Source of the DNA: an uncultured Holdemanella sp. | Lineage (GTDB): Bacteria > Bacillota_I > Bacilli_A > Erysipelotrichales > Erysipelotrichaceae | Reading direction: 5' to 3' | Assembly: GCF_934754935.1 (NCBI RefSeq) | Contig: NZ_CAKVJB010000008.1 | Span: 5,591-69,590, forward strand | DNA: 64,000 nt | Shown: in pieces, positions 60,395 through 64,000 of the stretch | Layout of the letters: each line of letters begins with the position of its first letter | Numbering within the stretch: the stretch's first letter is position 1 | Translations under genes and position numbers: made by a program | The notes under the pieces: model-generated | Databases searched by the model: none | Seen by the model: only the letters and a program-made list of their open reading frames with translations | What the model was told of the DNA's origin: nothing

Positions 60395-60916
60395 ATGATT
60401 ATGACAGATGAAACGACAAGAAGAATCGCAAAAACAGCTTTAATGATCGCATTGATCTTTGTATGTACATTTACAATTAAGCTTCCAAATCCAGCAACAG
60501 GTGGATATACACATATGGGAGATTGTATGGCATTTCTAGCTGTACTTGTCTTAGGTAAAAAGGACGGAGCTTTAGCTGCAGGTTTAGGTGCTGCTTTAAG
60601 TGATTTATTAACAGGCGCTATGATTTGGGTACTTCCAACATTTATCTTTAAATTCATTATGGGATATATCATGGGTGTTGTACTTGAAAAAGGAACGAAT
60701 GAAAAATTCGATTGGATCGTTGGAGCTAGTCTTGGTGGTTTATTTCAATGTTTCGCATATACATTATTTAAGATTCCATTATTTACGGCAGCTGTCGCAT
60801 TTGCGTCTGTTCCAAGACTTTTAGCTCAAACGATTATGGGATTAGTTATTTATGCGATTGTTGCGAATATTTTAGCTAAATCTAAAGTATTATCTTTACA
60901 AGGAGCTGCTGCATGA
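60395..60916 (+). CDS. ECF transporter S component
   Basis: ALMIALIFV.T...P.GGYTHMGD, GAALSDLL.G..W...TF..K. Confidence 0.88.
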   Translation: MIMTDETTRRIAKTALMIALIFVCTFTIKLPNPATGGYTHMGDCMAFLAVLVLGKKDGALAAGLGAALSDLLTGAMIWVLPTFIFKFIMGYIMGVVLEKGTNEKFDWIVGASLGGLFQCFAYTLFKIPLFTAAVAFASVPRLLAQTIMGLVIYAIVANILAKSKVLSLQGAAA

Positions 60917-61626
60917 AAAAAATCGATGCACATGCACATTTAGGCTATATTGGCGGATGGGCTAATGTAAAAATGGATGCAGACGAATTGATTTCGTTAA
61001 TGGACACATATGAAATTGAAACGACAATGATTTGTATTTTGGATAATGAAGAAGCATATAAGGCTATGCAGAAATATCCAGGACGCATTGAAGGATGTGT
61101 CTATGTCAATCCTTTAGAACCGAATTGTTTAGATTTAATTGATCAATATGTAAAGCTTGGTTTTAAAGCTATTAAACTACAGCCATTACGCCATGCGTAT
61201 TGTGCGGATAGTGAAATCGTGGATCCTATATTAGATAAGGCCGAAGAATATGGAATTCCTGTTTGTATTCATTCAGGCCACGCTCCATATTCACTTCCTT
61301 GGCAAATTGGATTACTTGCGGAAAGGCATCCCAACTGCAAAGTATTAATGATTCATATGGGTCATGGTCATGGTGTTTATATTGATGCGACATTAAAAAT
61401 GGCTCGACGTTATCCAAATATTTACTTGGAAATGTCGGGTATGCCAATGCATACAAAAATTAAAGAGGCATATGATACAGTTGGACATGATCGTATCCTG
61501 TTTGGAACGGATGGTCCTTTCCATCATCCTACAGTTGAGATGCAGAAAGTATTAATGTGTGGCGTTGATGAACAGGGTTTAGAAGATATTTTCTATAACA
61601 ACGCAAAGAAATTTTTTGATGTATAG
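60913..61626 (+). CDS. Amidohydrolase_2 family metallohydrolase
   Basis: IDAHAH, IHSG, HMG, LFGTDGP, NAKKFF. Confidence 0.88.
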   Translation: MKKIDAHAHLGYIGGWANVKMDADELISLMDTYEIETTMICILDNEEAYKAMQKYPGRIEGCVYVNPLEPNCLDLIDQYVKLGFKAIKLQPLRHAYCADSEIVDPILDKAEEYGIPVCIHSGHAPYSLPWQIGLLAERHPNCKVLMIHMGHGHGVYIDATLKMARRYPNIYLEMSGMPMHTKIKEAYDTVGHDRILFGTDGPFHHPTVEMQKVLMCGVDEQGLEDIFYNNAKKFFDV

Positions 61627-61844
61627 ATAAAACTAGTAACGGGTAAACCTCATCAATTTACCCGTTTTTTTTATGCCTTCTATTTACCTATGGGGAGTGT
61701 TTTGGAGGTTTCCGTGAGGATGGTTTGTCCAAGTTGTAAAAAGAGAAGACCTTCATCGAAATCACCTACATCTAAGAACATCTGTGATTACATCTCGTTA
61801 GACAACACATAACAAAGAGACTTTATGTTTCTTTGTTTTTTTGT
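61620..61844 (+). repeat. Direct repeat copy 1 (~225 bp; terminator-core-terminator)
   Basis: 170/178 identical to 63365-63542, then 13-nt variable segment, then 33/34 identical to 63552-63585. Confidence 0.95.
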
Positions 61845-61867
61845 GTTTCAACAGAAAAATTTAGTCG

Positions 61868-61920
61868 TTGACAGATAAGATATCTTGCATCATAATACAT
61901 TTAACAATTAGGTTAAATGT
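61868..61920 (+). promoter_or_regulatory. sdpR-like promoter and ArsR operator
   Basis: TTGACA(61868)-17-CATAAT(61891); perfect 9-6-9 palindrome ACATTTAAC-aattag-GTTAAATGT (61897-61920). Confidence 0.8.
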
Positions 61921-62237
61921 TAAACGAGGAGCGTGATGAATTCTTGGGTATACAAGATACATTAAAAGCACTGGCAGATCCAATACGACGTGAGATTTTA
62001 AATTTATTGAAGAATGGACGGCTTTCTGCTGGAGAGATATGTGAACATTTTTCAGTAACGGGAGCTTCTATATCTAGACATCTGGCAATATTAAAGGAGG
62101 CTGATTTAATCCGAAATAAAAGAGAGGGAAAATTTATTTATTATGAATTAAACACTTCCGTATTGGAAGATGTCATGTTGTGGATTATAGATTTGAAAGG
62201 AGTATCGGACGATGAAGGAAATGATAAAAAAATATAG
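61917..62237 (+). CDS. ArsR/SdpR family autorepressor
   Basis: KALADPIRREIL.LL, ISRHLAILKEADLI, REGKFIYY; true start probably TTG 61944. Confidence 0.9.
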   Translation: MLNEERDEFLGIQDTLKALADPIRREILNLLKNGRLSAGEICEHFSVTGASISRHLAILKEADLIRNKREGKFIYYELNTSVLEDVMLWIIDLKGVSDDEGNDKKI

Positions 62238-63246
62238 AGGTTCATTAATTTGTTCTGTTCTGGTAATGCTCATCGGGGTTTTAGTAGGATTCACTAGTAC
62301 ACAGAGTATGTGGGCAAATGTGTTTTTTGTAGTGACGGATTGTGCGCTGGTGGCAATAATATTTTATGATAACCGGAACAGACAGCAGAGCCGCAAGATT
62401 ATAGGAATGACGATGTGGATTATACCAATTATAACATTACTCTATAATGGTATTGCAAGACTGGTCAATATGGGTGCAGATATGGAAAATCTGTTTATGG
62501 CAGTAATTTACTATGGAACTGGACTGCTGTTTATGGTTATTGGAAATTATTTGCCAAAAGTGAAACAGAATAATACCATAGGAATAAGAGTTGTATGGTC
62601 TTTAATGGATGAAGAAAACTGGAATGCAACACATAGATTCAGCGGCAAATTATGGATGGCATCAGGTATTTTATGTATGCTTTGTGGACTTTTTGGGGAA
62701 AGCATGGCTGCACTGGTTGTGTATATTATAAGTATTATGGCAGCTGCAATCATTAGCATTCTCTACTCCTACCTTTTTTATAAGAAAAAGCTGGCAACGG
62801 GAGAAGGCTTAAAAATTCAGTATAATACAAAAAAAAGTGTGATATATCTGATCATCGCAATTCCCATTATTGTGTTTACTATATGGACTTTGTTTTGTGG
62901 AAGCATTCAGATTCGTTGTAATGATCGTGATTTTAACATTGAAGCAAAAGGATGGAATGATTATACAGGGGAGTATTCGCAAATTGACAGCATTTCTTAT
63001 GAAGTAAATGTATTGCAGAACGATAATGATTACAGAACTAATGGTTTTGGAAACCTGAAGTATGATATGGGAAACTTCAAAAACGATATCTTCGGAGATT
63101 ATATCCGCTACACTCATGCCTCCTGCCATTCATATGTTGTCATGGACATAGATGGAAAAATATTAGTTGTAAATGGGGAAAATGACGCAGAGACAAAGGA
63201 AATCTATCAGAGAATAAGTGAGAAGGTGTCAAAGGAAAGAAAATAG
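62212..63246 (+). CDS. SdpI family immunity protein with C-terminal PH-like extension
   Basis: GNYLPKVKQNNTIGIR..W....ENW..THR.SG; C-terminal RTNG....GNF. Confidence 0.88.
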   Translation: MKEMIKKYRGSLICSVLVMLIGVLVGFTSTQSMWANVFFVVTDCALVAIIFYDNRNRQQSRKIIGMTMWIIPIITLLYNGIARLVNMGADMENLFMAVIYYGTGLLFMVIGNYLPKVKQNNTIGIRVVWSLMDEENWNATHRFSGKLWMASGILCMLCGLFGESMAALVVYIISIMAAAIISILYSYLFYKKKLATGEGLKIQYNTKKSVIYLIIAIPIIVFTIWTLFCGSIQIRCNDRDFNIEAKGWNDYTGEYSQIDSISYEVNVLQNDNDYRTNGFGNLKYDMGNFKNDIFGDYIRYTHASCHSYVVMDIDGKILVVNGENDAETKEIYQRISEKVSKERK

Positions 63247-63252
63247 TTGTCG

Positions 63253-63286
63253 AAACGCTGAGAAGAAATTATTCTCAGCGTTTTTT
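63253..63286. terminator. Terminator after sdpI-like gene (possibly bidirectional)
   Basis: AAACGCTGAGAA-gaaatta-TTCTCAGCGTTT + T run. Confidence 0.8.
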
Positions 63287-63364
63287 GAACATTACTATAA
63301 TGTCAAGGAATCTTCTGCATCTACCCACATCTGTAAATTCCCATCAAGATACAGTCTAGCATAT

Positions 63365-63585
63365 TGTATAGACAAAACTAGTAACGGGTAAACCTCATCA
63401 ATTTACCCGCTTTTTTTATGCCTTCTATTTAACTATGGGGAGTGTTTTGGAGGTTTCCGTGAGGATGGTTTGGCCAAGTTGTAAAAAGAGAAGCCCTTCA
63501 TTGAAAACACCTGCATCTAAGAACATCTGTGATTACATCTCGAATGCCTAGAACAAAGAGACTTTATGTTTCTTTGCTTTTTTGT
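63365..63585 (+). repeat. Direct repeat copy 2 (~221 bp)
   Basis: See copy 1; 9-nt variable segment at 63543-63551. Confidence 0.95.
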
Positions 63586-63596
63586 ATGTAAACGCT

Positions 63597-63640
63597 TTGA
63601 TTGTATATACGCACATGGTATAATTTAGGTGAAAAGGAGG
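63597..63640 (+). promoter_or_regulatory. Promoter and RBS for 44-aa ORF
   Basis: TTGATT-16-TATAAT with TG extension; AAAGGAGG at 63633-63640. Confidence 0.7.
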
Positions 63641-63649
63641 ACATAGTGT

Positions 63650-63784
63650 ATGATGTCATTAGATTGGATGGTTTACGCTTTAGGTGTCGTAGCTGTTGTT
63701 TTCTTGGTTGCCATGTTCTTCAAGTATAAAAAGCACAATAGATATGCTGATAGATTTGAAGACACATATCCAGACGCAAAGTAA
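63650..63784 (+). CDS. Unannotated 44-aa single-TM small protein
   Basis: MMSLDWMVYALGVVAVVFLVAMFFKYKKHNRYADRFEDTYPDAK; own promoter, strong RBS and terminator; below the ORF-track cutoff. Confidence 0.8.
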   Translation: MMSLDWMVYALGVVAVVFLVAMFFKYKKHNRYADRFEDTYPDAK

Positions 63785-63823
63785 GCAACTTCTAGATGTG
63801 TTTTCTAAAACGATGATAACCAC

Positions 63824-63852
63824 AAGCAGGATCGAAAGGTTCTGCTTTTTTT
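63824..63852 (+). terminator. Terminator after 44-aa ORF
   Basis: AAGCAGGATC-GAAA-GGTTCTGCTT + T run. Confidence 0.85.
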
Positions 63853-63899
63853 GTGCTTCATTGAGCATGAGTAAGTAAACGTAATTCTTAGTTTCATGA

Positions 63900-64000
63900 A
63901 GTGAAAACAAATCTTTTTCTTAAACTAAGAGCTTCTTTTAAGAAAGTGATTCAGTGAAATGAACGCATTTTCCTTAAACTAACAACTTCTTTTACAAAAC
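63900..64000 (+). repeat. Degenerate tandem repeat, ~53-54 bp unit, cut by window end
   Basis: AGTGAAA at 63900/63953; CTTAAACTAA at 63919/63973; CTTCTTTTA at 63932/63986. Confidence 0.6.

Noticed and set aside
61680..61813. Small peptides encoded in the repeat core (plus-strand CxxC peptide; minus-strand MFLDVGDFDEG...)
   Set aside because: Plus-strand differences between copies are all non-synonymous and destroy the CxxC; the minus frame has no RBS and mostly non-synonymous changes
61673..61844. T-box or known riboswitch upstream of sdpR
   Set aside because: No T-box GGTGGNACC motif or other riboswitch consensus recognised; sdpR has its own promoter downstream of the repeat
74..63129. Numerous 60-136 aa antisense or alternative-frame ORFs inside housekeeping genes
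   Set aside because: Shadow ORFs overlapping well-supported genes, with no RBS or recognisable motifs
61620..63585. CRISPR array or composite transposon
   Set aside because: Only two ~220-bp copies, no short repeat-spacer periodicity, no cas genes, no transposase ORF or terminal inverted repeats evident
63680..63910. ORF-track calls 63680..63910(-) and 63696..63878(+)
   Set aside because: No RBS, and they cross a terminator; the 44-aa ORF at 63650 has promoter, RBS and terminator support

Overview
Low-GC Firmicutes chromosomal segment. Gene content and order (DUF3196-like gene before tig, tig-lon-engB without clpX, cysS-mrnC-rlmB-sigH-like-rpmG-secE-nusG) suggest a gut Erysipelotrichaceae, Holdemanella-like; this is an inference from recalled gene order, not a search. 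Most of the window is housekeeping: mnmG, rlmD, tig, lon, nadE, [FeFe]-hydrogenase, glgCDA, ptsH/ptsI, pgm, gap, cysS, rnr, ABC exporters, tRNA-Leu(GAG) and tRNA-Arg(TCT). There are two accessory spots. (1) Downstream of tRNA-Arg (8.5-12.75 kb), a CPBP/CAAX protease gene is bracketed by 17-bp inverted repeats, with its promoter and terminator outside the repeats. It is followed by a uORF/terminator leader and an AEP-primase/SF2-helicase/degenerate-PLD fusion, a candidate defence protein. (2) At 61.6-63.6 kb, an sdpR-sdpI-like cassette lies between two ~220-bp direct repeats and is followed by an unannotated 44-aa membrane-protein gene. A 32-nt hairpin is shared between the two spots. Other notable items: a 20-codon leader peptide whose stop codon overlaps a terminator upstream of an ankyrin + EF-G2 operon, and an 11-bp motif shared by the promoters of a prepilin-peptidase-like gene and a SigH/ComX-like sigma gene. 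All functional calls come from motif recognition by eye; no database searches were run.
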